In this document: positions 51,865-62,659 of the stretch, in pieces
Numbering within the stretch: position 1 is the stretch's first letter
Layout: each line of letters opens with the position of its first letter
Assembly: GCA_963849325.1 (NCBI GenBank)
Contig: CAWKHF010000007.1
Coordinates: 320,001-384,000, forward strand
Origin: an uncultured Planctomycetota bacterium
Lineage (GTDB): Bacteria > Planctomycetota > Planctomycetia > Gemmatales > Gemmataceae
Reading direction: 5' to 3'
Length of the DNA: 64,000 bases
The notes under the pieces: model-generated
What the model was told of the DNA's origin: nothing
The model's input: the letters and a program-made list of their open reading frames with translations, nothing else
The model's database searches: none
Translations under genes and position numbers: made by a program

Positions 51865-53682
51865 TCAGACCAGGTTCGCCTGGAGGTCGGTGGGAAGCGC
51901 CATCTCCTCTGCCGACTGCGACCAGCCCAGGCAGCCGCGGACCACGTCGTAGAAGCCGCTTCGCCGTACGTCCTGACCCTGCAGCCGACTCGCCAGTAGG
52001 TCCGCCCCCACTAGCCCCTCGCTGAGTGTGAAGATCCCATCGGTGAAGACCAGATCGTAATTCCCCCAACGGCTGCGATACAGCCCCTTGCGGTCCCAAC
52101 GCACGGCCGAGTCAAAGGCCTCCACGAACCCGAACAAGGGGAAGAGGCTCCCGTACAGCCGGGCCAGGTCGCAACAAACCGCCGCGAAGTCGGTAATTGT
52201 TGCCCCATGCCAGGCGGTTCGCAGCGGGTGCGGGATCAGACCGAAGAGGTTTGAGATGCCCAGACGGGTCGGTCCCTTGAAGCGGGCCAAGCTGATGAGT
52301 GGGATGCCGCGATGTTCCATCAGCACCGAAGGCACAAAAGACGCCAATTCCGGATTCTGGAGCACGACGTCCCCGAGGGCGACCTGGACCTCCTCGGCCG
52401 GGGCACACGCGCCGTCCCACCACGCCTCGGTGATGTTCAGGTATTGCGCCCTGTGCCGGGCCATCACCTCCGCCAGCCCCGTCCGCCGCAGGAATTCGGC
52501 ATCCTGCTGGCGGATCCAGGGGCGATGTTTTTCGGCATCGGTCTCCCAGTCGATGTCCAGTCCGCCCACGTTGCGGCTACTCGTATGTCCCTCCAGCACG
52601 ACCGCCGGTCCCGGCAGCGCACCGAGCAGGAGATCCAAGGCGGCCGATCCGGTGTACGTTCCTTGCGCGTAACCGTGCCAGGTCACTTTCACCAGATAGC
52701 GTTCGGCGCGGGGAAGTATCCGCGAGAGGAGTTGGGCCAGTGGGGGAGTTTCCCGAGCACGTCCGAGCAACGCGGCCGGCGGTGGGATGGCCGCTTCGCT
52801 CACCGGCACCCAATCCTCACCGGACCAAATCCCGGCCAGAGACGATGGAGACTGGTATTTGGCAGAGGGAATACGCACGGCCTGGCGGGCGCGCTTGTCT
52901 TGCCAAAGGCGGAGGAGACGCTGTTCGAGCCAGGCCAATAACGCGGGGTGATCCCGCGGCGGGTCGAGTTGGCACCATCCGGCCGATTCCGGATACGCCC
53001 GCTGGTGGTCGGCAAGCATCACGGCGGCATAGTCGGTCAGCTCTCCCTCCCACGGACACTGCGGTACGAGAACCCACGCACGCGGTTCGCTCAGGCACCG
53101 CTTCAAGACGGTCGGGAGAAAGGGCTGCGTGTGGCGGACGAAGCCGACCTCGGCCCAGCTTAATCCGGCCTGCTCCCAAAGCAGGCGCATCAAGCGGTAG
53201 GAGTCGGCACGGGTCGCAGGGTCGCCCCTCCCGTCGGCGACCAGAAGTAGTCCGGCCTGCTGCGGTGGGATACGCCGCTCTTCCAGCGCTTGCAGGATTT
53301 GGCCCGCGAAGCACTCGACGAGGAAAGGGTGCGTGGGATCGACGGTGTCGTGGTGAATGGAAACCGTGGCATGGCGGCGGCGCGCCGCGCTCAACTCCTC
53401 GCCGAGCAGCGTTCGCTGCCAGACATTCAAGTCGAACGCGGCGGGCAAGACGAAGAGTTCGGAGGTCTCGTCTTGGACGCTTCGATCGATCGCCCGGCCG
53501 ATGTGATACTCGCCGGGATCTTCCATCGAATGCAACGGCAAGCAGGCTAGGCCGACCTGTGCCGTCATGCCGAAGGTGCGAGCCGCGAACGCCTGAAGTC
53601 CCGCGGCCTGGGCCTCCGCACGCGCCCAGGCCGCATCTGTCGGCCGAAGGTCGGTCGCGATGATAAAGACGGCCCCCGCCAT
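51865..53682 (-). CDS. Fusion of a degenerate CbiX/SirB-like chelatase fold and a DUF362-like domain
   Basis: LLLVADGRGDP..RADSYRLMRLLWE...AEVGFV..TQP and DHPALL parallel CbiX; YLVKVTW, VVLEG, ISLARFK, ISNLFGLIP...WHG parallel DUF362. Confidence 0.65.
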   Translation of the reverse strand: MAGAVFIIATDLRPTDAAWARAEAQAAGLQAFAARTFGMTAQVGLACLPLHSMEDPGEYHIGRAIDRSVQDETSELFVLPAAFDLNVWQRTLLGEELSAARRRHATVSIHHDTVDPTHPFLVECFAGQILQALEERRIPPQQAGLLLVADGRGDPATRADSYRLMRLLWEQAGLSWAEVGFVRHTQPFLPTVLKRCLSEPRAWVLVPQCPWEGELTDYAAVMLADHQRAYPESAGWCQLDPPRDHPALLAWLEQRLLRLWQDKRARQAVRIPSAKYQSPSSLAGIWSGEDWVPVSEAAIPPPAALLGRARETPPLAQLLSRILPRAERYLVKVTWHGYAQGTYTGSAALDLLLGALPGPAVVLEGHTSSRNVGGLDIDWETDAEKHRPWIRQQDAEFLRRTGLAEVMARHRAQYLNITEAWWDGACAPAEEVQVALGDVVLQNPELASFVPSVLMEHRGIPLISLARFKGPTRLGISNLFGLIPHPLRTAWHGATITDFAAVCCDLARLYGSLFPLFGFVEAFDSAVRWDRKGLYRSRWGNYDLVFTDGIFTLSEGLVGADLLASRLQGQDVRRSGFYDVVRGCLGWSQSAEEMALPTDLQANLV

Positions 53683-53693
53683 GTCCCACCCGC

Positions 53694-54998
53694 TCAGATT
53701 TTCAGTCGGCCACCGATACGGTTGTTCTTCACCATCACGGCGAGTGTGTCCACCATCACCCGTGCTCCCAAGAGGGAAGTTATGTCCGCGCTATCGTAAG
53801 GCGGCGACACCTCGACGACCTCCATGGCGACGATCCCTTCCTTCACGACCCCCTCGACAAGCTTGAGCGCCTCGCGGGGGAGGAAGCCGCCCGGCTCGGG
53901 CCAGCCCGTCCCGGGGACGAACCCGGAATCGACCACGTCGATGTCGAACGACAGGAAGACGGCCTTGGCCCCCTTCCACGCCACCTCCAGGGCGATCTCG
54001 ACGGTCTTGTCGATCCCGATTTTCTCGATGTCGTTGACGGTCAGGATTGTCGTGCCGCGCTCTCGGCCCACTTTCACGCCGGCGCGGGGCACCTGCCAGC
54101 CGCCGATCCCCAACTGCACCAGGTTCTTCGGCGGGCAGTTCTTGATGTTCGTGGCGTGGAACCACGGGCAGGTGTGCATGATCTCGTCCATGTCCTTTTC
54201 CTGCGTGTCCACATGCCGGTCGAAGTGGATGATCCCGACGTTGCCGTCCACGCACTGGGCCACGGCGCGGGCGTTGGGATAACCGATCGAGTGGTCTCCG
54301 CCCATGATCATCGGGAGCGTGCCGTGCGAGAGGATGTGGGCGATGCCCTTGGTTATCTGGTCGTGGCCCTTGGTGATGTTCGAGGGGCAGAAGATATCGC
54401 CGACGTCGCACATGGCGAGCGACTCGCTCAGATCGACTCCGTGCTCGTAGCTGTACTTCTGGTATAGCGCCGAGATGCGCCGAATCCCCTGCGGTCCAAA
54501 CCGCGTCCCGGTGCGGAAGGTGCAGCCGATGTCGAATGGCACGCCCACAAACGCAACGTCGTACTCGCCTACCTTCCGAACGTCTTCGAGGTAGGGCGCC
54601 CTCAGGAACGTGTTGATCCCCGACCAGTGCGGCAGGCTGCCGCGCTGGAAGCAACTGAACTCGGTCTTGTCCTGGATCGAATCGACCGGGTCGAGGCCCA
54701 GTTCCTTGATCCGTTTGATCTCCTTCTTGTAGTACTCCGAAGGCAGCGCAGCCTCGGCCTTTTGATACTTCATGCCTTCGTACGCGCTCAGATCGGGGAG
54801 CGCGTGGTCGTGTTCCCGCAGCTTCGGCGCATGCCGCTTGTAGAGGTGGCTGGCGGAGCCTTTCGCGGGCGACTCCTCGGTTTTCGGCTGCTCCCCGGAA
54901 GCCCCCTGGAGTTCCAGGGCCCCCATCCCGGCCGCAGCCACGGCTGCACCAAGAAACTCGCGACGCTGCATCTCTTCCGGGTGCTTTTTGTCACTCAT
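53694..54998 (-). CDS. gdmH: Ureohydrolase of the guanidine-hydrolase (GdmH) type with an N-terminal Tat-like signal
   Basis: RGSLPHWSGINTFLRAPYLEDVRKVGEYDVA, GTRFGPQGIRRISALY, GGDHS, HFDRHVD, MHTCPWFHATN, GIGGWQVPR, FDID, GTGWPEPGG; N-terminus QRREFLG. Confidence 0.85.
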   Translation of the reverse strand: MSDKKHPEEMQRREFLGAAVAAAGMGALELQGASGEQPKTEESPAKGSASHLYKRHAPKLREHDHALPDLSAYEGMKYQKAEAALPSEYYKKEIKRIKELGLDPVDSIQDKTEFSCFQRGSLPHWSGINTFLRAPYLEDVRKVGEYDVAFVGVPFDIGCTFRTGTRFGPQGIRRISALYQKYSYEHGVDLSESLAMCDVGDIFCPSNITKGHDQITKGIAHILSHGTLPMIMGGDHSIGYPNARAVAQCVDGNVGIIHFDRHVDTQEKDMDEIMHTCPWFHATNIKNCPPKNLVQLGIGGWQVPRAGVKVGRERGTTILTVNDIEKIGIDKTVEIALEVAWKGAKAVFLSFDIDVVDSGFVPGTGWPEPGGFLPREALKLVEGVVKEGIVAMEVVEVSPPYDSADITSLLGARVMVDTLAVMVKNNRIGGRLKI

Positions 54999-55354
54999 AA
55001 CTGCCATCCTTTCGCGAAATGAGCTTCGATTGCGGAACTACGGACGCGATGAGATCTGTTATCAGGAACCGTTCATTGAGGCCGATCCAGCTTGGCCGTC
55101 AAAGACAGGGCAGTTTCCCAGGAGAGGGGGGAATGGCGGATAGACCTCTGCTGGACGAAACCGCTGTTATCTCCGAAAGAGCTTTGCTAGTGGACCTCTC
55201 GGCTCCGTCATTCTACTGCTCAGCTCCTTCACGACAACGGCCTCCTTGCCTTTTTCACACGGTCCTCACGCGGTCCTGACTATTATCCTGCCGACGCGAC
55301 GCGTAGTTTTGCTCGGTCTTCCTCCTTCGCCTCGCCAGTCGCACCCTCCCTTGC

Positions 55355-55990
55355 GTAATCGCTCACTGCCCATTTGAAGGTCAGGCGGCATGAGCGTCAC
55401 TTGGCAGGGGTAACAACGATGGCATGATGCGCCCTTCGGCGGTAGCGGCCATGCAGGTCGTCAGAAATTCCCCCACACTCCGACCCTGCTGACGGCACGT
55501 CTCCACCACCGACCAGATACATCCCAGGTATTCCGAACCCACCACACTTTTGGGACCGTGGCTCTGCTTCCGCCACAACACCCCATGACGCAAGGCACGC
55601 TCCGCCGCGTTGTTGGTCGGCTCGACACCATCGACGAACGCGAACAAAAACATCGACGCCTCCCCACGCAGCAGTTCGCGGCACGTTCCCGCCGTCTTAG
55701 CGCAGCCGCACACCGACCCCCGCTCCAAGACGGCACAGAAGCGCACACGAAACTCTCTTTGGGCGTGCAACCGGCCCGCGAAACGCACCTTCGTCAGCGT
55801 CCCGTCCCGTACACGCTTCCACCAACCCAACATCTGATCCGACATCGCCAACAGCTCCTTACCAATCGCCGATCCCGCGTTGTTCCGATCCACCATTGCC
55901 TGAAAATCTCGACGCAGGTGCGACCAACACCATTGATGTCGTTCTTCGACCAAGTGGCTGTATATGCTGTGTCGGTCGCTGGTCAGTCCG
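55355..55990 (-). mobile_element. IS66-family remnant (3' transposase fragment and one end)
   Basis: SDR.S.Y, QWCWSHLRRDF, EPTNNAAERALR..VLWRK; end-like GTAATCGCTCAC at 55355; 5' part missing. Confidence 0.82.
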
Positions 55991-56181
55991 CGGTCCTTGC
56001 CAACCTCCTCTCCGCCCAGGCAAGGTGACAGACAGATGGAGAGGGACGGACAGCAGCTACCCGAAACGATTCGCGCACCCTGGAAGCACCGTCTGGAGTA
56101 GGAGTCACTAGAATGGGTACACTGCGCGCATCGGTACCAAAGTGGACTCGTCCTCTAGCTGCTTCTTCCGGAGTGGACCCC

Positions 56182-59160
56182 ATGCCGTCCCCCTCGCCAG
56201 GCGAACGCCGCCGCCCCTTTGCCGTGTCGGTGTTGCCGCTAACGGTCGTGGCCGGATTCGTCGCCTGGCTCGCTTCAACCGCGGCGGGACCGCCCAGGCC
56301 CACGGAACCTCGCCCCGCGAAGTTGGTTCGGACGCCTTGGACTACCTCCCGAGTCGTGGGCTCTCCGGACCCGCCGCCTCCCTTTAAGGTGGTTCGGGCA
56401 TTCCCCAATCTGAAGTTCAAGCATCCCTTGCTCCTCGCTCGCTGTCCGGGAAGCGATCGGCTCTTCGTCGGCGAGCAGGCCGGCGTGCTGTATTCGTTCC
56501 CCAACAAGCCGGACGCCAGGGCCGACCTCTTTTTCGACCTGCGCAAGGAACTCAAGACGATTCACCTGCTCGCCGGGGCGAAGGAGGTCGAGGCGGTCTA
56601 CGGGCTGGCCTTCCACCCCGATTTCGAGAAGAACCGCCAGTGCTTCGTCTGTTACACCCTGCGGAGCAAGAAGCCCGGCCAGCAGAACCTGACGGATGGG
56701 ACACGGGTGTCTCGGTTCACCGTCACCCGGACGGACCCGCCGCGGATCGACCCGTCGAGCGAGGAGATCGTGCTCACCTTCCTCCAGGGCGGGCACAACG
56801 GCGGGGACATCCACTTCGGCCCCGACCGCATGCTCTACATCTCGACCGGCGACGCGGGGAACCCGAACCCGCCCGACCCGTTCAACACGGGGCAGGACAT
56901 CTCCGACCTCCTCTGCTCCATCCTGCGGATCGACGTGGACCAGAAGGACGAGGGCAAGAACTACGCCGTCCCCAAGGACAACCCGTTCGTCGGGATGAAG
57001 GGAGCGCGGCCGGAGGTCTGGGCTTACGGCTTCCGCAACCCCTGGCGGATGGGCTTCGATCGCCAGACCGGCGAGTTGTTCGTCGGCGACGTCGGCTGGG
57101 AGCTGTGGGAGTCGGTCCATCGCGTCGAGAAGGGCGGCAACTACGGTTGGTCGGCCATGGAGGGGCCGCAGCCCATCAAGCCGGAGAAGGTCGGGCCGAC
57201 GCCGATCCATCCGCCGCTGATCGAACTGCCGCACACGATCGCTTGCAGCGTCACCGGCGGCCTCGTCTACCGCGGCAAGAAGTTCCCCGAGCTGCGCGGG
57301 GCCTACATCTTCGGCGACTGGGAAACCCGCCGACTGTGGGCCGCTCGCTTCGAGGGCGACCGTACCAAGGAGATGCCGGAGATCGCGCGGCCCGTCGGTT
57401 CGCATCGTCGCCTTCGGCGAGGACAGGGAGGGCGAACTGTACTTCCTCGACTACGACGGCGGCACGCTCCACACCCTCGAGCGCAACGACGCCGCCGCCA
57501 CGAACGCCGACTTCCCGACGAAGCTGTCCGAGACCGGCTTGTTCGCTTCGGTAAAGGACCAGACGCCGGCGGCCGGAGTGGTCCCGTTCGCGGTCAACAG
57601 CCGGCAATGGCAGGACGGTGCGACGGCGGAACACTGGGTCGCCTTCCCGGGCCTGTCGTCCGCCACCCTCTACGCAACCGGCAAGCCGATCCCCGGCAAC
57701 GTGGACTGGCATAACTTCCGCATGCACTTCCCCAAGGACGCGGTGCTGGTGAAGACCATCTCCCTGGGCGGCCGGCGGCTGGAGACGCAACTGCTGCACT
57801 TCGACGGCGTGGACTGGCACGCTTACACGTTCGCCTGGCGGGACGATCAAGCGGACGCCGACCTGGTCCCCGCCGAGGGCGCCGAGAAGGAAGTGCCGGA
57901 TGGGAAACGACAGCGCGTGTGGCAGTTCCACAGCCGCAGCCAGTGCATGTCGTGCCACAGCAGTTGGTCGGAATACGCCCTGGCGTTCCAGCCCGAGCAG
58001 TTGAACCGGATGGCAGCCGACGGACGCAACCAGCTCGTCGCCTTCACGGAGGCGGGACTCATCCGCCGGGCCGGAAAGGACGGGAAGCCGCTGCCGCCGT
58101 TCGACGCCGCCTCCGTCGCACGAGAACGAAAGCTCGCCGACCCGGCCGACGCGGACCAGCCGCTGGAGGCGCGGGCGCGCGCCTATCTCCACGCCAACTG
58201 CGGCCACTGCCATTCCGATGGCGGCGGCGGCTCCGTCAACTTGCGGCTCCAGTTTCCGGTCTCGGTCGCCGAGATGAAGGCGGTCGGCGTCCGTCCCACG
58301 CGCGGCGACTTCGGCCTGCCGGATGCGTGCATCATCAAGCCGGGCGATCCGTACGCGAGCACCCTGTACTTCCGCATGGCCAAGTTCGGCCGCGATCGGA
58401 TGCCGCACATCGGCTCCGAACGGCCGGACGAAGCGGGGTTGAAGCTCATCGAGGACTGGATCGCCGGCATGAGCGGAGACGCGGCAAAGACGGGACCTTC
58501 ACGGGAAAGCGGACCGCCGGAGGAGTTGCTGGCCAACCCGAAGTCCGCGCTGGTTGTCGCCCGCCAGCTGGGGCGCGGCGAGATGAAGCCGGCCGAGCGG
58601 GACGCAGTTGCTGGCCGCGGCGGCCAAGCTCCCGGCCGGCCCGGTGCGCGATCTGTTCGAGGGCTACCTGCCCTCGGACGAGAAGGGGGGGCGGAAGCTC
58701 GGCTCCAATCCGCGGCCCCGGACCATTTTGGCCCTACAAGGGCGACGCCGGTCGAGGCGAGAAGCTGTTCTGGTCGCCGGCGCTCAACTGCGGCAGCTGC
58801 CACAAGATCGGCGACCGGGGGACAGTCGGTCGGGCCGGACCTGTCGAGCCATCGGGAAACTCCGTCCGCGTGAAGAACTGCTGGAGAGCATCCTGGAGCC
58901 GTCGCGCCGGATCGAGCCGAAGTACGCCACCTACGTCGCCCAGACGGCCGACGGCCGTTCGATTCACCGGTCTGCTGGTCAAGCGCGACGAGAAAGAGGT
59001 GGTGCTGCGCGACGGCCAGAACAAGGAGATCGTTCTCGCGGCCAAAAACGTGGAGGCGCTGCAGCCGTCGCGGACGTCGCTGATGCCCGACGGACAGCTG
59101 GCCGGCCTGACCGCCCAGGAAGCGGCCGACCTGCTCGAATACCTCGCTACCCGCAAATGA
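56182..59160 (+). CDS. PQQ-dependent sugar-dehydrogenase-like beta-propeller fused to c-type cytochrome domains, several frameshifts (near 57395 and 58600-58960)
   Basis: HNGGDIHFGPD, YGFRNPWR, GGNYGW; haem motifs CMSCH, CGHCH, CGSCH; SLMPDG. Confidence 0.85.
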
Positions 59161-59247
59161 GAGGAAGCGCAAGACCTTCCGGCACCTGGTCCGGATGACG
59201 GCGAATCATCCGCTCGCCACCTTCCCATTCGACGGAGAGCATTCCTC

Positions 59248-62200
59248 GTGATTTCGCACTTTTTCATCGATCGGCCGATCTTCGCCTCCGTGCTGTCCAT
59301 CGTCATCACCCTGGCGGGAGGCGTGGCCGTGCTGGGCCTGCCGGTGGCGCAGTATCCCGAGGTGACGCCGCCGACCGTGCTGGTGACGGCCGTCTATCCG
59401 GGGGCCAACGCCCAGACCGTGCGCGACACCGTGGCCGCTCCCATCGAGGCCCAGGTCAGCGGCGTCGAGAACATGCTGTACATGTCGTCGCAATGCACCA
59501 ACGACGGCGCCTACAACCTGACGGTGACGTTCAAAATGGGCATGGACTCGGACATGGCCCAGGTGCTGGTGCAGAACCGCGTGTCGCTGGCCCTGCCAGT
59601 CATTCCGTCGCTGGTGCAGCGCGAGGGCATTAACGTCCGCAAGATGTCGCCCAACACCATGATGATCGTCAACCTGGTCTCGCCCGACGGCACCTACGGC
59701 GACGTTTTCCTCAGCAACTACGCCACCATCGAGATCAAGGACGAGCTGGGCCGGCTGCCCGGCGTGGCCGGCATCACCTATCTCGGCCAGCGCGATTACA
59801 GCATGCGCGCCTGGCTCGACCCGGAAAAAATGGCGGTCGCTCAATCTCAGCGCCATGGACGTGGTCAACGCCGTCAGCTCGCAAAACTTGCAGGTCGCCG
59901 CCGGCATGATCGGCCAGCAGCCGGTCCCCCGCGGCCAGCAGTTCCAGCTGACCATCAACACCCTCGGCCGGCTTCGAGACACCGAGCAGTTCGGCGACAT
60001 CATCCTCAAGGTCAGCCAGACCAGCACCAGTTCGGCGTCGTCCGACCAGGGCGATTCGACGGGTGGCTCGAGTGGCACGTCCTCGACGTCCGGTTCCGGT
60101 GCGTCGTCGGGCAATCCCACCTTGCAGGGCCAGGGCGGGCAGTCGGCGCCGGCACAGGCGACCAGCGTCGTCCGCCTGCGCGACGTGGCGACCGTCGAGC
60201 TGGAATCGCAGCAGTACGACCAATCGTGTACCCTCGACGGCCGGCCGTCGGTGGCCCTGTCGATCTTCCAACTGCCTGGCTCCAACGCCCTGGACACCGC
60301 GCACGGCGTGTACGCCAAGATGGAGGAGCTGAAGAAACGCTTCCCCGAGGGACTGGATTACGAGATCGTTTACGATACCACGCCCTTTATCAGCCAGTCG
60401 ATCCACGAGGTCTTCAATACGCTGCGCGACGCGGTGATCCTCGTCGCCATCGTGGTGCTGGCCTTCCTGCAAAACTGGCGAGCGGCGCTGATCCCGCTGG
60501 TGGCCGTGCCCGTCGCCATCGTCGGCACCTTCGCCGTCATGGCGGCGCTGGGCTTCTCGCTGAACAACCTGTCGCTGTTCGGCCTGGTGCTGGCCATCGG
60601 CATCGTGGTGGACGATGCCATTGTCGTCGTCGAGAACGTCGAGCGCTGGCTGGAGCACGGCTTGCAGCCCCGCGAAGCAGCGCGGCGAGCGATGGATGAG
60701 GTGACGGGGCCGGTCATCGCCGTCGCCCTGGTGCTGTGTGCCGTGTTCGTGCCGTGCGCCTTCATCGGCGGCATCACCGGCCAGTTCTTCCGCCAGTTCG
60801 CCGTCACCATCGCCGTTTCCACGGTGATCTCGGCGTTCAACTCGCTGACCTTGAGTCCGGCGCTGGCCGCTATCCTGCTCAAGCCGCGCGGGGCGGCCCG
60901 CGACGTGCTGACCATACTGCTGGACGTGGCGCTGGGCTGGTTCTTCCGTCTCTTCAACCTCACTTTCAACGCCGGCACCGCCGTTTACACGCGGATGGTC
61001 GGCGGCCTGCTGCGCATCAGCTTGATCGCCCTGCTCGTCTACGGCGGCCTGCTGGTGCTGACCTACTGGGAGTTCAACCGCGCTCCGACCGGCTTCATCC
61101 CGCAGCAGGACAAGGGTTATCTGCTTCTCAACGTGCAGCTGCCGGACTCCGCCTCGGTCGAGCGGACGCGGCGTTTGATGGCCCGCATCGAGACGCTGGC
61201 CCGCCAGACGCCGGGCGTGGCGCACACGGTCGGCATCTCCGGCCAATCGCTGATCCTCGGCGCCAATGCGCCGAACCTCGGCTCGATGTACGTCATGCTC
61301 AAGCCGTTCGAGGAGCGGCGCGGCGCCGACCAGACGCGCCGACGCCATCGCGGCCACGCTTCGCCAGCGCTGTCGCAAGGAGGTGCGCGGGGCGATGGTG
61401 ACGGCCTTCGGCGCGCCGCCGATCGAAGGTCTGGGCACGACCGGCGGCTTCAAGCTGGTCATCGAGGACCGCGGCAACCTCGGCCTGGACGAGCTGCAGC
61501 GCGTTAGCGACCGCATCGTCGGCGCGCGGCAACGCCACGCCGGGTTTGCAGGGTCTGTTCAACAGCTCGCGCTCGAACACGCCCTGGCTGTACCTCGACA
61601 TCGACCGTACCAAGTGCCTGTCCCTGGGCGTGCCGCTGGACGAGGTCTTCAATACGCTGCAAGTCAACCTCGGATCGTACTACGTCAACAACTTCAACGA
61701 GTTCGGCCGGACCTGGCAAGTCAATCTCCAGGCCGATCCGCGCTTCCGCGACAAGGTCCAGAGAATTCGCCAACTCCAGGTGCGCAACAACCAGGGGCAG
61801 ATGATCCTGCTGGGCACGATCCTGTCGGTGCGCGACACGAGCGGCCCGGTGAGCGTCATGAGCTACAACCTGTATTCCGCCGCCGCCATCACCGGCAACA
61901 CGCGGCCCGGCACCAGCTCGGGGCAGGCCGTCGCCCTGATGAGGGAGATCGCCGAGAAAGAGCTGCCGCACGCGATGGCCTACGACTGGACGGAGCTGAC
62001 CTACATGCAGCTCCAGGCCGGCAGCACGGCCATGTATGTCGTTCGCCCTGGCCGTGGTGTTCGTGTTCCTGGTTCTGGCGGCGCAGTACGAGAGCTGGAA
62101 ACTGCCGTTGGCCGTCATCCTGGTGGTGCCGATGTGTCTGCTCTGCTCCGTCGTCGGCGTGGTCGTGGCGCGGATGGACGTGACCATCTTCACGCAGATC

Positions 62201-62627
62201 GGCTTCGTGGTGCTGGTCGGCCTGGCCAGCAAGAATGCCATCCTCATCGTCGAGTTCGCCAAGCAGCAGCAGCGACGCCGGCGTACCACGGCGGCAGGCG
62301 ACCCTGGAGGCATCGCGGCTGCGTCTGCGGCCGATCCTGATGACGTCGTTCGCCTTCATTCTCGGCGTCGTGCCGCTGGTGATCGCCGAGGGCGCCGGCG
62401 CCGAGATGCGGCGCTCGCTGGGCACGGCGGTGTTCAGCGGCATGTTGGGCGTGACGCTGTTCGGCATCTTTCTGACGCCGGTGTTCTTCTACGTCCTGCA
62501 GGGGTTCGGACGTCAGCCGCCCGGCGACGCGAGGCCAGCCGCTCCTCCTCCGCCCGAGGGGCGTCCTCCGCGCCCGGCCGGTCACGAAACCGGCATCCAG
62601 GTGCGGCCGGACACACCACACGCTTGA
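59248..62627 (+). CDS. RND efflux transporter permease (AcrB/HAE1 family), frameshifts near 59838, 61335, 61525, 62040 and 62275
   Basis: FFIDRPIFA, LPVAQYP, GIVVDDAIVVVENVER, GLASKNAILIVEFA, RLRPILMTS. Confidence 0.92.
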
Positions 62628-62659
62628 GAGGCAGCCGGTCATTTCCGTGAGGGTGGTTC

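Noticed and set aside
55000-55350. Guanidine riboswitch upstream of the gdmH-like gene
   Set aside because: I read the minus strand and found neither the guanidine-I elements nor paired ACGR hairpins (guanidine-II); a covariance search is needed to exclude divergent forms
59248-62627. Programmed frameshifting in the RND and other split genes
   Set aside because: Too many shifts, no consistent slippery sites, and assembly error is the simpler explanation
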